DNA from: Octopus sinensis
Lineage: Eukaryota
Direction: 5' to 3'
DNA: 64,000 nucleotides
NCBI RefSeq assembly: GCF_006345805.1
Contig: NC_042997.1
Span: forward strand, 58,714,001 to 58,778,000
Program-made: the position numbers and the translations under genes
Part shown: in pieces, positions 12,162 to 25,845 of the stretch
Layout: each line of letters starts with the position of its first letter
How positions within the stretch are numbered: the first letter of the stretch is position 1
Notes under the pieces: model-generated
The model's input: the letters and a program-made list of their open reading frames with translations, nothing else
Databases searched by the model: none
What the model was told of the DNA's origin: nothing

Positions 12162-12739
12162 CTAGACTTTATGTATTTGTTCATATGTGCATATACACCC
12201 TTGAAGGCATTGCTCAGTTTGGCCCCAGTCCGATGATTGAAGCCTGTAAAAGAAAAGAATGTATGTGCATACGTCTGTGCTTATATTTATATGAATGCAT
12301 GTGTAATACATATATATACATATATATATACATATATGCATAATACATGCATACATACATCCGCACAATTTTATGCGACAGATACAGAGAGAAAGATAAC
12401 TAGACGAATATACTGGTAAATGAATGGATTGATGGAGGGAGCGGTTAGATTTAGGTTTAATGTGTTTGTGTGAACGCATGCGCATATGTGTGGCTTGAAG
12501 TGCTAATTCTGTTTGCTTCATCTACTTACAATGAGTGGAGTAGTGGACAATTATATACCGTATGCATTAGATATCAGTGTCACTGTATGTAAGAAGCTAT
12601 ACAAATGCATCTCTGTGGTAGTATGTTGTTCGAGCAGAGCGATGCGATTCGTTGCATGAATATTACAGAATAAATAAACTGCACTTGGGCTAGACTACAT
12701 AACGGTGGCAGCGAGGCGGGGGGTGCGAGGTGAGGCTAA

Positions 12740-12975
12740 CGATCGGTTGGTAGAAACGAACCAAACAGGTAGCTCCTGTGTGGTTTCTCAAACTCCAAGA
12801 AACAGCAGCGAAAACTCTCAAATAACATCTATCATCTTAAGGAAGGATGCATTTGACAATATAGTTTTTGTTATGTAAGAAACCAAACAGTTGAAAGCTC
12901 TCAGCTGGGACAATTTCCTTCACAAGACTCCTCGGTAAGAGTTAACCTGAAGCTAAACAACCAAAAAAATAACAA
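12740..12975 (+). repeat. Old dispersed repeat (family E); related degenerate copies at ~26340-26545 (-), ~39180-39415 (+), ~41575-41745 (-)
   Basis: Shared blocks by eye (GCTCC..CGTGG..; TAGAAATAGC-like; ...CTAAACAACAAC tail). Highly diverged. Confidence 0.45.
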
Positions 12976-13315
12976 TAATTTTTGCAATACGATGATCAGA
13001 AAAAGTAGTCAGAATGCACTCATGAACCAAGCAGTTAAAGTAAAGGAATATTTATAGTGAAGCCGTATATGCAGCAGCTATACTTCCCAATGAAGAAGAT
13101 AGCTGAAACTGCATATTGCACATATGATGCAACTATGCTTTATAGTGAGAGAGAATATAGAATAGATGCTGCCACAAAGTGTATATATATGTGTGTGTAT
13201 ATGCTTGTGTGTATGTATGTATGATTGTATAGTGTACATGCATAATATATATATACATATATATATACACACATCATACACACATACACTCATACATACA
13301 TATATATGTATGAGT

Positions 13316-13316
13316 G

Positions 13317-13350
<34 letters not shown>

Positions 13351-13525
13351 TGCATGTATATATGCATGTATGTATATACGTATGTATGTATGTATGTGTG
13401 TATGTATGTATGCATGTATGTATGTATGTATGTATGTATGTATGTATGCATGTATGTATGTATTTTATGTATGTATGTATGTATGTATGTATCTATGTAT
13501 GTATGTATGTGTGTATGTATGTGTA
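13316..13525. repeat. (TATG)n; similar tracts at 20441-20575, 40529-40716 and 44992-45165
   Basis: Read directly; explains the MYVC/HTYI pseudo-ORFs. Confidence 0.97.
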
Positions 13526-13672
13526 TGCAAATATACTTCACTGTCAAATGCAAGCACAGTTAGACTGCAGCTGTTATGCATCTGTAACAACAGAAAATAT
13601 ATGCTGCAACGTTTTTTTTCTTTCTTTGGGTTTTTTTATTCTTTAATTCGATATGGTTTCTTCTGATCCATA

Positions 13673-13708
13673 TTGTTGTTGTTGTTGTTGTTGTTGTTGT
13701 TCTTGTTC

Positions 13709-13788
<80 letters not shown>

Positions 13789-13916
13789 GCTGCTGCTGCT
13801 ACTAATGCTGATGATATAAATTAACCATGATGAAATCTAATAAAATAAATCATTTTTAATCTCAGAAATCATCATCACCTACACCACTATCATCATCATC
13901 ATCATCATCATCATCC

Positions 13917-13950
<34 letters not shown>

Positions 13951-14122
13951 TGTCATCATCATCATCCTCATCATCATCATCCTCATCATCATCATCCTCA
14001 TCATCATCATCCTCATCATCATCATCCTCATCATCATCATCCTCATCATCATCATCCTCATCCTCATCATCCTCATCATTATTATTATTATTATTATCAT
14101 TATTATTATTATTATTATTATT
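13673..14122. repeat. Compound (GTT)n/(GCT)n, (CAT)n with a 15-bp higher-order unit, and (ATT)n
   Basis: CCTCATCATCATCAT x6 at 13966-14055. Confidence 0.95.
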
Positions 14123-14679
14123 GAGTGAGAGAGCAGTTCATGCCATCAAAGTGACACGGGTAAAATATACGAAGCCCAATATACCCATCATGACTACCCG
14201 TCTGATAAAGGTACACCAGGCACATGCATCACAACCATATGTGCGCGACATGGTGATCTCATATCAAGATAAACAGCGCATGACCTTGCAGGTGGGGCCC
14301 AGTTAGAATTTTCTTCAGGTTGAGTAGCCCATCCCGCTCAAAAGGTCCCTGAATAAGAGTTGTTTAAGGATGTTGAACGAACCACCCATGTTTCCAGAGG
14401 TGAATTATTCAAACCCCAAAGAATCCCTCTCAACACATGGCTATGATGCTCCCCCACTACTTCTGCTCGTGATCAGAGATGCACATATCGTCAGCCACTA
14501 AGGGACATGCTCAACTAGTTAAGGTCAAACAACTGACAAGCAAATCTGTGGTATTGAGCAGAATATTTGCTGTAGCCCATCTTTTATACCAAGACAAAAC
14601 AATGTACATGATAACACTTCCAATCAGTTAAGATCAGAAGCCATGAGAGCCACTGCCTGGTACTGCATCAGGGTATTTT
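14123..14679 (-). mobile_element. ~557-nt non-coding retroposon flanked by (AAT)n on both sides
   Basis: Sense (minus) strand starts AAAATACCCTGATGCAG and ends CTGCTCTCTCACTC-(AAT)n. A 3'-only copy lies at 31887-32105. Confidence 0.8.
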
Positions 14680-14720
14680 ATTATTATTATTATTAATATT
14701 ATTAATATTATTATTATTAA

Positions 14721-14995
14721 GGCGGTACGATGGCAAAATCTTTAGCACGCCGGGCAAAATGCTTACCGGTATTTCGTCTGCCGTTTCGTTCTGAGTTCAA
14801 ATTCCGCCGAGGTCGACTTTGCCTTTCATCCTTTCGGGGTCGATAAATTAAGTACCAGTTACGCATTGGGGTCGATGTAATCGACTTAATACCTATGTCT
14901 GTCCTTGTTTGTCCCCTCTGTGTTAATAAAGAGTTCAAATTCCGCCGAGGTCGACTTTGCCTTTCATCCTTTCGGGATCGATTAAAGAAGTACCA
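14721..14995 (+). mobile_element. SINE family A with a partial second body
   Basis: Head at 14721; body restarts at ~14930. Confidence 0.9.
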
Positions 14996-15517
14996 TGCTG
15001 TATATACTACAAGTATAGTACTCACACACATACACACGTGTATATCTGTGTGTGCGAGTGAGCATGTGTGTACATATGTATATTTATGTATATGTGTTTA
15101 TATGCATATATGCATACAGAGATACGATCCAGTCACTAGTTGCAACCCATTCAGATTTATGTGAATATGTATATATATTTTGTAGCTTTCAACCTTTATG
15201 TGTGAGTGTGTTTGGAGTGTATGCACCTGTGTGTGTCTGTGTGTGGTAACTTAATTGCATGAAAAATAAAATGTGTTCAATATGTATTGCAAAATGCTAT
15301 CTTATTTATTACATGTAGAAAATTTCATTTAACTTTACCCTATAGCTCCGATCTCGAGTGGGTGTGGATTTTGGAGCAAGTACAAGTACATATAGTTTCT
15401 TCCATATACAAAAAAAAAAAAAAACGCGCGAAGGTGTTTGAATATAATACTGAGCCTTTATGGACACAGAGAGAGAAGCCATCGTTTGTTATTGAAAACA
15501 TAATCTTTTCTGCTCCA

Positions 15518-15886
15518 GGCACAAGGCCCGAAATTCTAGGTGGAGTGGCCAGTCGATTAGATCAACCCCAGGACGCAACTGGTACTTAATTTATCGACCC
15601 CTAAATGATGAAAGGCAAAGTCGACCCCGGCGGAATTTGAACTCAGAGCGTAAAGACAGACGAAATACCTATTTCTTTACTGCCCACAAGGGGCTAAACA
15701 CAGAGAGGACAAACAAGGACAGACAAACGGATTAAGTCGATTACATTGACCCAAATGCGTAACTAGTACTTAATTTATCGACCCCGAAAGGCTGAAAGGC
15801 AAAGTCAACCTCGGCGGAATTTGAACTCAGAACATAACGGCTACGCATTTCGCCCGGCGTGCTAAAGTTTCTGCCAGCTTGCCGCC
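15518..15886 (-). mobile_element. SINE family A dimer
   Basis: Head at 15886; two body units ~183 bp apart. Confidence 0.9.
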
Positions 15887-16124
15887 TTTATTAAAAACAT
15901 ATTGAATACTTACAAATCTGACCAAACATGTTGAGCGCAACTTTCGTTTGTTTTTCTGCTCGTATGTGATACGCACACATATATTTATATAGACAAGCAG
16001 ATATTTACCAAAGTTATGAACGCACAAGATCCATATGTATTTAGACTAATGGGTATATATATATACATACACATACATACATTCATGCATATATATCTTT
16101 ATATATGTATGTACATATATATAT

Positions 16125-16167
<43 letters not shown>

Positions 16168-16239
16168 TCATACACATATATATAATATACACATACATAC
16201 ACATATGCAAATATTTTATATATATATATATCATATATA

Positions 16240-16462
16240 CAGGGTGTTCAAAAAGTCTCTCTGCAGTGATTTTTTTTCATCCTGCGCATCACTCTGGCCC
16301 AACTGCAATAATTTTTCGATAAACGGATTATTTCGAAGGGACTTTGGACACCAAGAGCACCTGATTTAACTGTTTTCCTGTGGAACAAATAAAGGATCAG
16401 TGTACAAGAATTTCCCGAAAACCATTAAATGCTTACTGCGGAGAGACTTTTTGATCACCTTA
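16240..16462 (+). mobile_element. Internally deleted Tc1/mariner MITE with TIRs and TA target duplication
   Basis: Left TA|CAGGGTGTTCAAAAAGTCTCTCTGCAGT; right ACTGCGGAGAGACTTTTTGATCACCTTA|TA. Internal remnant GLWTPRAPDLT resembles WPPRSPDL. Confidence 0.85.
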
Positions 16463-16511
<49 letters not shown>

Positions 16512-17618
16512 AGGGTACTGATCAAGAGTATTTGTGCGAGTGTATGTTAGTTTATATGTATGCATGTGAGTGTTAGAAAGTGAACTCGTCCAGAACTTCA
16601 AAATCTATCATGATTTACCATTTGTGACGTCTCTGTCACATATTGTTAGCTTATCAGCTGACTAGCAAAGCAGCATGTTTCGAAATATTTATAAATAGAA
16701 TACTTAGTTTGCTCTGCTGTGTGCAGATTCGTTATTGTTTTGTTTTGTTTATTTTTTTCTCTTTTTAATCCGAGCTTTTACTATAAACTCATACAGGAAG
16801 TAATGACGCTTCTGTTTTTTTTACCCACCGATAATTTGAAGTTTTTTTTTTTTTTTTCGTTTTTCCTTTCACCTTGAAAAGAAACCGAAATAAGTTTCAA
16901 TCAGGAATCGAAAACAGGTCGTTGACATGACTCGATAAAAAGAATAACAACAATATAAAATAGCAATCTAAAAATCTATGCATTCGCTTATTATTTCCCC
17001 CCAAAAAAATAATAAATAATAATACGAAAAAACATTAGTAGCTCTATCAGCAGTAGTTTCCTCGACATACGTCATATATAAAAGACAGGTACATGCCGTC
17101 AGTAAATATTCAAGGCAAACAGCAAGCCTTAACAAAATAAATTGCAAGATAAGAGAAGTACATAAAATTATATGACTTACGCCAACGAGTAGAAAAAAGA
17201 GTGGTCATTGCATATTGTAGAATTTTGTCCTGTTTATTGTTACCAGAAAATGCCACTAGCCGTTACTCCGAGCAAAAATATTTTTGATAAGATATTTATT
17301 TATCTTTTTATTTCATTTTATCTAGTTTCAGCTCACGAGCAGTGGCCATGCTGGGGCACCGCCATATATATATATATATATATATATAAAGTATTGTTTA
17401 TGGCCATTTTATTGTGGCTGTCCTCTAAGAGACGACGATACTGACATTTAACCCCAGGAAGACGTCTCCAGTTGGTTTACTCGAGGGGCTTCTCACACTT
17501 GATATTTATTGCAAGCGGGAAATAACTCCTGCCACCCTACCTCTGAGACCACTTGACCACGTTGTTTCGATCTGTATTGGATCTCCTCGGTGGTGGGTAC
17601 TCGTTCACCAAGCATGGC

Positions 17619-17671
<53 letters not shown>

Positions 17672-18796
17672 AAAATTTTGTCCTATGTATAATAGATGCC
17701 GGGATAGTCATAGAAAACCTACAAAGGAAAGTGAAAAGGCGGTAGAGAGTTATTAATAACAAAATGGAAACTCGTATACATGTTTGTGCCTGTAGCACTA
17801 AAAAATATTACCAGACATAATCATGTGGTGACGAAAATATAATAAATAGATAACTAATATTCTTTTGATCATTTCAGCATATATGAATGATGCGTTTCAC
17901 TTCTATTATGATATTATCAGTGAAGCTTATACTTTACTTGATTAAGTAGTAACGTAATAATGACGAAGTAAATGCAGAAGGATTTTACATTGGTTGATGT
18001 AATAAAATCAAATTGTTTTGAGAATGTATAACCAAATAACTCAGAGCCTCCATTCGCTCGAAAACAAAAATATAGATAAGTATACATGAGGTTAGGAGGA
18101 GAATTATGCTTCCAAATTAGTAATGGATATCGGTTCAAAAGTTCGCATCACCATTCTATGGTATTCACCACTTTATTTAACTTAATATAACAGAAAAGTA
18201 AGTGCGCGCCCCCAGTCTTATTGGCCAATGAGAGTTGAGAAAGAGTAGAATTAATTTAACGTTAGATTGTTATTGATTGTCATTTATCTTGAAGTGAATG
18301 AAGTTTAATGATATAACGTAACAGTTAGAGACAGCGAGGCTATTATTTAGTAATAGCTCAACTCGACACGTTAGATTCCTGTTTTTCTTGGTTGTTTGTC
18401 TATTGTGTAATTAGTAAAGTATTATTAGCTTGTGATAAACTACATTAAAGAATTTCAATGCAAAACTCTATAATTATGCTTTGAGATTAATGGTGGGAAG
18501 AGTAGTCACGAAGTAAAATATAGAGCTACTCTCAGACAATAAAAAAAGCCTTAAGGACAGTGCAAATGATTGTCTAATACGTTATCTCCTCACCCAAGCT
18601 AATTACCTCTATCTTTCTGTCTCCTGCTTGCGTATATATGTGTGTATGTGCGCGCGCGTGTGTGTAGGGTTTGATTGGACAAAACAGTGTGTGTGTGTGT
18701 GTGATGTTGTTTAGTTGGCTGTCTGTGTGTGTTCATATTCATTACACTTCGTGACATAGCTCTTCTTTCTTTGCAGGTATATCGAAATAAGTTAAA

Positions 18797-19200
18797 ATGC
18801 GCGACCTATCTGATTTTTAAAGAAGACAGATTATTGAAGGGCGAATGGTTGGAGCTTCAGTCACTAAAACTACTGAATCGTTTAATGTTTCGAGAGTTAT
18901 AATCCCTAACAATCATGTTGCAATTCCAAAACCAAAATGAAACCAGTTTTGGCAAGTATAATTCTGGACAAAAGGCAAAGCTGGCAGAGAGGAGCGGCAG
19001 AGTAGTGAAGCGTATTGTATCTAAAACCATCGAGTTACGGCAACAAAAGTAACATCAGAGTTAAGCCACACCCTTGACAACTAAAACTTTCCGTCAAGAA
19101 CTCCATAAAGCTGGTTACAAAAATAAATCTGCAATAGCTAGATTTCTCCTTTCCGCCATCAACACTGTTAAGCGGAAGAAATGGTTTCTAGACTGCTTAC
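18797..19200 (+). mobile_element. Tc1 transposase N-terminal relic
   Basis: MRDLSDF*RRQIIEGRMVGASVTKTTESFNVSR...SGQKAKL...TKTFRQELHKAGY. Confidence 0.8.
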
Positions 19201-19393
19201 CATCATCACTGAAAGAGCTGAAGCATGTTTTACCTGAAGATTGGCTTAAAATTCTCGTAACAACGTATAGAACCTGTACGAGTTAATTTCTTGACGTGTT
19301 AAAGCTGTGATGGATGACAAAAGTGGACCAACTCGTATCAAATTATAAAACTATTTTTACAAGGTGTTTTTTTATTATTTTGCCCAATGTAGT

Positions 19394-19431
<38 letters not shown>

Positions 19432-19829
19432 TTTCTGTGTGTGTAGACACACATGAAGAGAATTATGGGAAAATATACCCTCCACACTCAGACACTTTCT
19501 GCAAAAAACAAGCAAAACAAGATGGAAATGTGCGATATAAAATTATTTTATGTCGAGTAACTTGGCTTAAAATGCTTGATGAGTGAAAGAAATATAACCG
19601 AGTGGAAAAGAATGGATTCTCAGTAACGTTTGATAATGTTATAGCGACAACTTATATTTAAATTGGGCGAAGGGATGAAAGAGAGAAAGAAGACTTTTAT
19701 TGTTTTACATTCAGTTTTGGTGTATTACGAAGTAGCACGGTGGTAAGTGTATGGATAATTGATATACTTTATAGCGCCGCTTGTCGCTTCCCTCTCTATA
19801 CATCTCAAGGATAGTATTGATGCCCCTAT

Positions 19830-20150
19830 TTTTCTTACTTTTATCTATTACTTGTTTCCGTCATTTGATTGCGGCCAGCTTGGGGAGCCGCCTTGAAGAG
19901 TTTTACTCGAACAAATCGACTTATTTTTTTAAAGCTTAGTATCTATTCTATCGGTCTCTTTTGTGGGTACATAAACACACCAGCACCGGTTGTCACAGAT
20001 GCAAAGACATACACACCTAGATATATACATATACATATATACGATGGGCTTCTTTAGGTTTCCGTCTACCAAATCCATTCACAAGGGATTTGGTCGGCCC
20101 GAACCTATAGTAAAAAGACACTATCTCAAAGTGCCACGTAGTGGGACTAA
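19830..20150 (-). mobile_element. SINE family C; further copies at 33620-33895 (+), 33560-33610 (-), 39495-39835 (+), 56150-56345 (+), 17312-17362 (-)
   Basis: Shared ...CCCGTAACTTAGCGGTT.GGCAAAAGA..CCGATAGAATAAGT...GCATGGCCGCAGTC...TGAAAC tail. Confidence 0.8.
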
Positions 20151-20438
20151 TTCATTTTCCACTTATTTTGGACACTCACAACACCTTATCACTATGCATG
20201 CAAGATCCCTGTACGTCACCTTCATTTGAACCCACTAACCTAGGACAACTATCCTTTTACTCTTTGTTAAACTCGTTTTTACTCTCATCTATTAAGTTTT
20301 CTACGAATTATTCAAACGCACAAAGCGTTTATGTTTACGCAAGTTACATAGGCTGGATAAAGGACATAGTTTGTTGATAAAACTTATTGAAGAAGCATCT
20401 GAAAGTAAAAATGAGTTCAACGACACATACGTACGTAC

Positions 20439-20469
<31 letters not shown>

Positions 20470-21129
20470 TGTATGTATGTATGTATGTATGTATGTATGT
20501 ATGTATGTATGTATGTATGTATGTATGTATGTATGTATGTATGTATGTATGTATGTATGTATGTATGTATGTATGTGCGTGTATGTATGTATGCATGTAT
20601 ATATGTGTGTGTGCGTGCGTATATATATATGTATATAGATGCATATAGCCATATATTTGTTTACACACATATATACATACATGCGTATGTACATCTGCAC
20701 ATATATGCATACATACGCGCACACACGTACCTACCTACCTACCTCCATACCTACATACATACATACATACATACATACATACATACATACATACATACAT
20801 ACATACATAGCGTCAAAGTGAGGATCGAGTCGAAGAATATAGAAATACATCAGGGTCTGCCTTTGTGGAGTCTCAAAAGTCAAAAAGCACTGCGGTGTCA
20901 ATGTAGCCTTCCGTTAAATTTATAAAGTGATTGCTCTCCGCTGTCAGTTCATCATTAGATTTTCTTTCTTTTCTTTTTTTTTTATGTATTCTAATATCTT
21001 GCTGAGCAGGTAATCAGTTTGTTTTAGATATTGCTAATCTTTATTTCTACTGGGAATTGTTATCTATTTAGGTTTATCTATTTATCCTTCCAGGCCTGAA
21101 AACAATGTTTTCCTAATTCAAAATAGTTC

Positions 21130-22215
21130 ATTTGCTGAATCAAGTACAAAAATATACCGGTTATGGTGAAAAGTTTGATAAATTACAACTAAAAGTGACC
21201 TGTATCAAAGTGCATTTGAATTGGAGATCTGACTTCTCACAAATTTTAATTACATGTAGTAGTATTAAAATCATTTCGCCAACACTCGGGGATGCATCAT
21301 CAGTAATTTTTTTGGTATCTTAGGGAGATTCAGGTCTTTGAACATTAAACCCTTTCACACTGTTGATGCAGCCTGGGTTGATCAGGTCCCTGCTTGCAGC
21401 ACAGTATCAGCAAAGTACCGGTTTGCGCTCTTTATTCAAATCCATCCAGTGACTTTCTCTGCAGCTTAGGTGGTGGAATGTGTGTCAGGCTTAAAATGGA
21501 AAAGTTAAATTTCTTATTTGGACTAAATTACGGCCAAGATTTGAACTCACACACGGAATTCATATCAAAGTTAATCCAAGTAGCTAAACTGTCGCTAACA
21601 AGTGGAGGGAAGATGGAGGGAAAACTATTTATTGAATATTCTCTTTGGTGAATAAGAGAAGGACATAATATTCTATGGTTATACAAGAGCTGTATTACTA
21701 TAGAAGCAAAACGTATTTAGGAACAAATGAAATGAGAATTTGAAAAGATACATTGCTGTTAACTGTCTGAAACCATTACAGACATGTAGAATTTCAGACT
21801 GAAAATACTATAATCTCTTTTATCGACTTTTACAAGGTATCTTCAGAGAAGGTTTTGCTTCTAAAGACAATCAGCAAGGAAAAACACTGCATCAGAAATA
21901 CATTTTATAACTGCAAGATACACAGTTGACATTGAAATTAATTCTTTGGAAGCTCATCTTCTTCTAGCATTTCAAGTTACCATGAGACTCAACTCTGTTG
22001 ATTGACTTACATGGTAACCATAGGAATAAAAGAAAAATAGTTTACAGATAAATTTTAAATCAGAGATTTGTGCAATTTGCCAACGTTTACTGATGATTCC
22101 GTCAACGTCTGCTACAGTTGAATGAATATTTCCTCGAGTAGAACGATCAAAGACATGTTTCTGATCAGGAGCGAAGCAAGATAGATAAAATTCTCTAGCT
22201 AGTCTTTCATAACAC
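21130..22215 (+). mobile_element. hAT (ZMYM1-like) transposase fossil
   Basis: MEKLNFLFGLNYGQDLNSHTEFISKLIQ, and dimerisation-domain-like LLMIPSTSATVE*IFPRVERSKTCF*S..QDR*NSLA at ~22085-22205. Confidence 0.65.
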
Positions 22216-22575
22216 ACGCGTGCACAAAGCAGAAAGCGAACAAACCAAATACATCTAATTGTCAATGCTGAATGTTACAGTCGATTCTTCCTTTAATATC
22301 AATTCTCATTTAAGTATATAAATATAAAAGAATAAATGTTAGAAATGTTTTGACGACCTCCACTCTGTACTAATTGTCAATCCTTCCTCCCACTCCACAT
22401 AAAAGACAGCTCCATGTGTGTGTGTGAGTGTGCGTGTGTGTATGTGTATGTGTTTGTACACTTATATGTATATGTGTGTGTTGGTGTATATATATATATG
22501 TACAGACATAGACTTGCTCAAATTCATCAATAAATTAACATCGATGTTTTTTCACCGTTGTTACAATCATCTGAA

Positions 22576-23639
22576 ATGGAACTGTCAGAGAGCGATATTC
22601 TGGCAATTTTGCTATTCAACTTCACAAAAAGAACGTAAAGCTCGCGACATCAACGAAACGTTTGATGAGAAAATGACCATTGAGTGATCAGCTCGAAAAT
22701 GGTTTAAACGATTTCGCAGTGGAGACCGGAGCCTTGAAGATCATGAGCGTAGTGGACGCCCATCTGTCATCGATGACGGTCAATAAAATATCGTCAATTA
22801 GAAAGATCCACATAAAACCACCCGATAACATACAGAACAACTTCAAGTTAGCCAGAAAACTGCCTGCAACCATTTGTACGCGATCGGAAAATAAAAAAGG
22901 ATCGACAAATGGGTACCACACGGTTTGAATGAAAATCAGAAATTGCGCAGATATGAAATTTACTCGTCGCTTCTTCTCCGTAACCAGACTGATCCATTTT
23001 TCGATGGTATTGTAAGAGGATTCAGTACAATAATAAAAAAAAGTTTTCGCAGTGATTGGACCGAAATGAAGTACCGAAAACCTTCCCTTGATCCGAGCTC
23101 TTCAGAATGAAGGTCATGGTGGTGTACTGCTGGACTCGTCCACTATAACTTCTTAAAACCCGGAAAAACCATTACTGCAGAAACGTATTGCCATGAAATT
23201 GCCAAAATGAAGGAATAACAGATACTCCCTCGTCCCTGGTTGGCCAACAGAAGAGGGCCAATCATTCTTCATGAGAATGCTCGCCCACACATTTCTCTAA
23301 TGATGCTCTAGAAGTTGAGGGAACTTGGCTACAAATTTCTTCCCCACCCAACTTATTCCCCAGACCTTTCTCCTACCGACGACCACTTTTTCAAGCATCT
23401 TGAAGGTTTCATGCAAGAGAAGGAGTTCAAAATTCGAACTAATAATGAAAGAGCGTTAAAACAGTTCATCAGCTCCAGAACTCCAGATTTTTGTGTTACC
23501 AGAATAAACAAACTTGTAACTCGTTGGCAAAAATGTATTGATTGTAATGGTACTTCTTCGATGAATAAAATTCCCGCATTGTTGAAATATATTGTGATGT
23601 ATTTCATGTTTCAAAACGTTGCTTACTTTTTACTCAGCC

Positions 23640-23640
<1 letters not shown>
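22576..23640 (+). mobile_element. Mariner (DD34D, Mos1/Hsmar1-like) pseudogene with probable 3' TIR
   Basis: ARKWFKRFRSGDRSLEDHERSGRPSVID; HENARPH at 23270-23290; YSPDLSPTD; RWQKCIDCNG. Many stops and frameshifts. Confidence 0.9.
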
Positions 23641-23711
<71 letters not shown>

Positions 23712-23712
23712 T

Positions 23713-23796
<84 letters not shown>

Positions 23797-24211
23797 TACA
23801 TACAGACACACATACACACGCATACATACACTCACCTATACATACATGCATATATATATAAAGAAAATAAAACAAGGTAGAAAATGCTAAAATTATTTTA
23901 TCATAACGAACATTTTAGTATTGGTTTCAGCCTTTGCGACCTTTTCAGCTTAGTGTAAAGCATGAAAAACAATTAAATTGTGGAAAAATTAAATGAAATG
24001 TTTTTTTTTTTAATATTTCCATTTTAAAAAAGCATTTCATTTCATTTTTCCACAATTTTATTGTTTTTTATGCTTTACTCCAAGTTGAAAAAGTCGCAAA
24101 CACTGAGACCAGTAATATAATGCCCTTCATGATAAAATTAGTTTAGCATTTTCTACCTTGTTTTATTTTCCTTATACATATCAACTCGTGTGCTCTTTTT
24201 CAACCTTCTAC

Positions 24212-24279
<68 letters not shown>

Positions 24280-24774
24280 GTGTGTGTGTGTGTAACTTTT
24301 TATATTATATTTTAGATTCATGCTTCTTTGGCAAGTGACTTGATCTGCGATCTAAAATCATGCACGTGTATATATAGTGTAAGGGTTAGGGTAGCGATTG
24401 CAAGCACACATATACAATATTGGTTATTTTGTAATTATCTACAAGAAAATGTCTAGAATTAGGGCCTCCTGCATTTTTCCTTTCCATCTGTTGAAAAACA
24501 ATTATTGGCTATTGCTTATGGACTGTGAGGGTTGGGCAGGAGGATAATTGTTTTTTCTTTTTGCTGTTTGCTCTTTCTCTTTTTTCTCATTTATTATTTT
24601 TTGCAATACTACGTAATTTCTTTTCTCTTTATCTATCGATTAATGACTTTTACTCTCATTTTAATATATGTAATTATTTTTATCGGTATCTATTGTCACC
24701 AGCTGCCACACATACATGTATGTAAACATACATACACGTATACATACATATGAGTGTTTATACATATATATATC

Positions 24775-24805
<31 letters not shown>

Positions 24806-25124
24806 TACATACATTTGGTCTTGGCTTCAACAAAAAGCTTGTCACGTTATTGACCAGCTATCTAAGGGAAAGAAGAATTTTAATAAATTTCATATGAGCT
24901 GCATTCCAGGGGTTTTGAGACTTTCAAAGGGAGGCAGTTATAACTGTCTTAAATTATTGTAAATTTAGTATATTATTGCAATATATTTAATAAGCTGACC
25001 TGCCAACTTTTACAGTAAGTGAAGGAGACACCTGTAACAACATTTTGAACACACCATAATAAACACTGCTTGTCACAGCTGATCAGTTTGCAGAATGCAG
25101 TGGGAATGAGCGGACATTTTAAAA

Positions 25125-25845
25125 GATTGCTATGCAATAAAGGTTTATGGTAAACTGGGTAAGAACGCAATAAAAACCTATGAAATGCTCCACTCAGCTT
25201 ATAGATTATGAGCCGAGCATCTTTTGTCGCTTGTACAAGAGATTAGTGAGAGTCCATGAGAGCTGTGGGAGGGAGAGGGACGTCATAATATCAAAACTGG
25301 CTGAGAAAATTCAATGTCTATAAGGCAATAAGCATACAGTTTGGAGTTGGTATGACAACAGTACACAGAATTATTCATGAAGATCTGAACATGCGCAAAA
25401 AGAGTACAATGTTTGTGCCCAGGGTGTTCAATGACGACCAGAAGGAAAGACGTGTCGATTACAGCAAGGAGATGATTGGGCTCCTTATCTCTGGTCCAAG
25501 AGTAATTGGCTCGCTGGTGACCTCTGTCGAAAGCTAGATATATTGCAATGATCCAGAAACCAAGAGACAGAGTGCCTAAAGGAAGCATTCTAACTCCCAG
25601 CAGACTCAATAAGGCCAGACAAAACAAGCTCATCGGGAGGCTCATGACGATCCCCTTTTTCGACAGCAAAAGCATCATCTACATCCATTAGATTCCCTCT
25701 GGCCTGATGGTCTATAAAGACTACTTTGAGGAGGTTCTGGGGGAGTTCAGGAAGAGATTTCGTTGCAAGATCTTCCACTTGGGTCGGCGGCATTTGCACC
25801 AGGACAATGTACCAATCTACAATTCCATCCTAGTAACCAACTAAC
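25125..25845 (+). mobile_element. Second mariner transposase relic
   Basis: TVHRIIHEDLNMRKKSTMFVPRVFNDDQKERRV; VTSVES*IYCNDPETKRQS; HQDNVP. Confidence 0.85.

Noticed and set aside
13166-13666. Long ORFs such as 166 aa at 13166-13666, 184 aa at 20371-20925 and 178 aa at 27813-28349
   Set aside because: They are translations of (TATG)n, (TA)n, (GT)n or (GATA)n, which lack stop codons.
14620-14672. Short U2 snRNA-like words (CCTGGTACTGCA)
   Set aside because: Only an ~11/12-nt match; no Sm site or branch-point recognition sequence in context.
17410-17620. Possible RTE 5' UTR or HDV-like ribozyme on the minus strand
   Set aside because: Only a vague resemblance; I could not build the nested pseudoknot by eye.
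18760-18780. Strong splice acceptor (CTTCTTTCTTTGCAG) just upstream of the Tc1 ATG
   Set aside because: No matching donor or intact frame follows; the transposase is dead.
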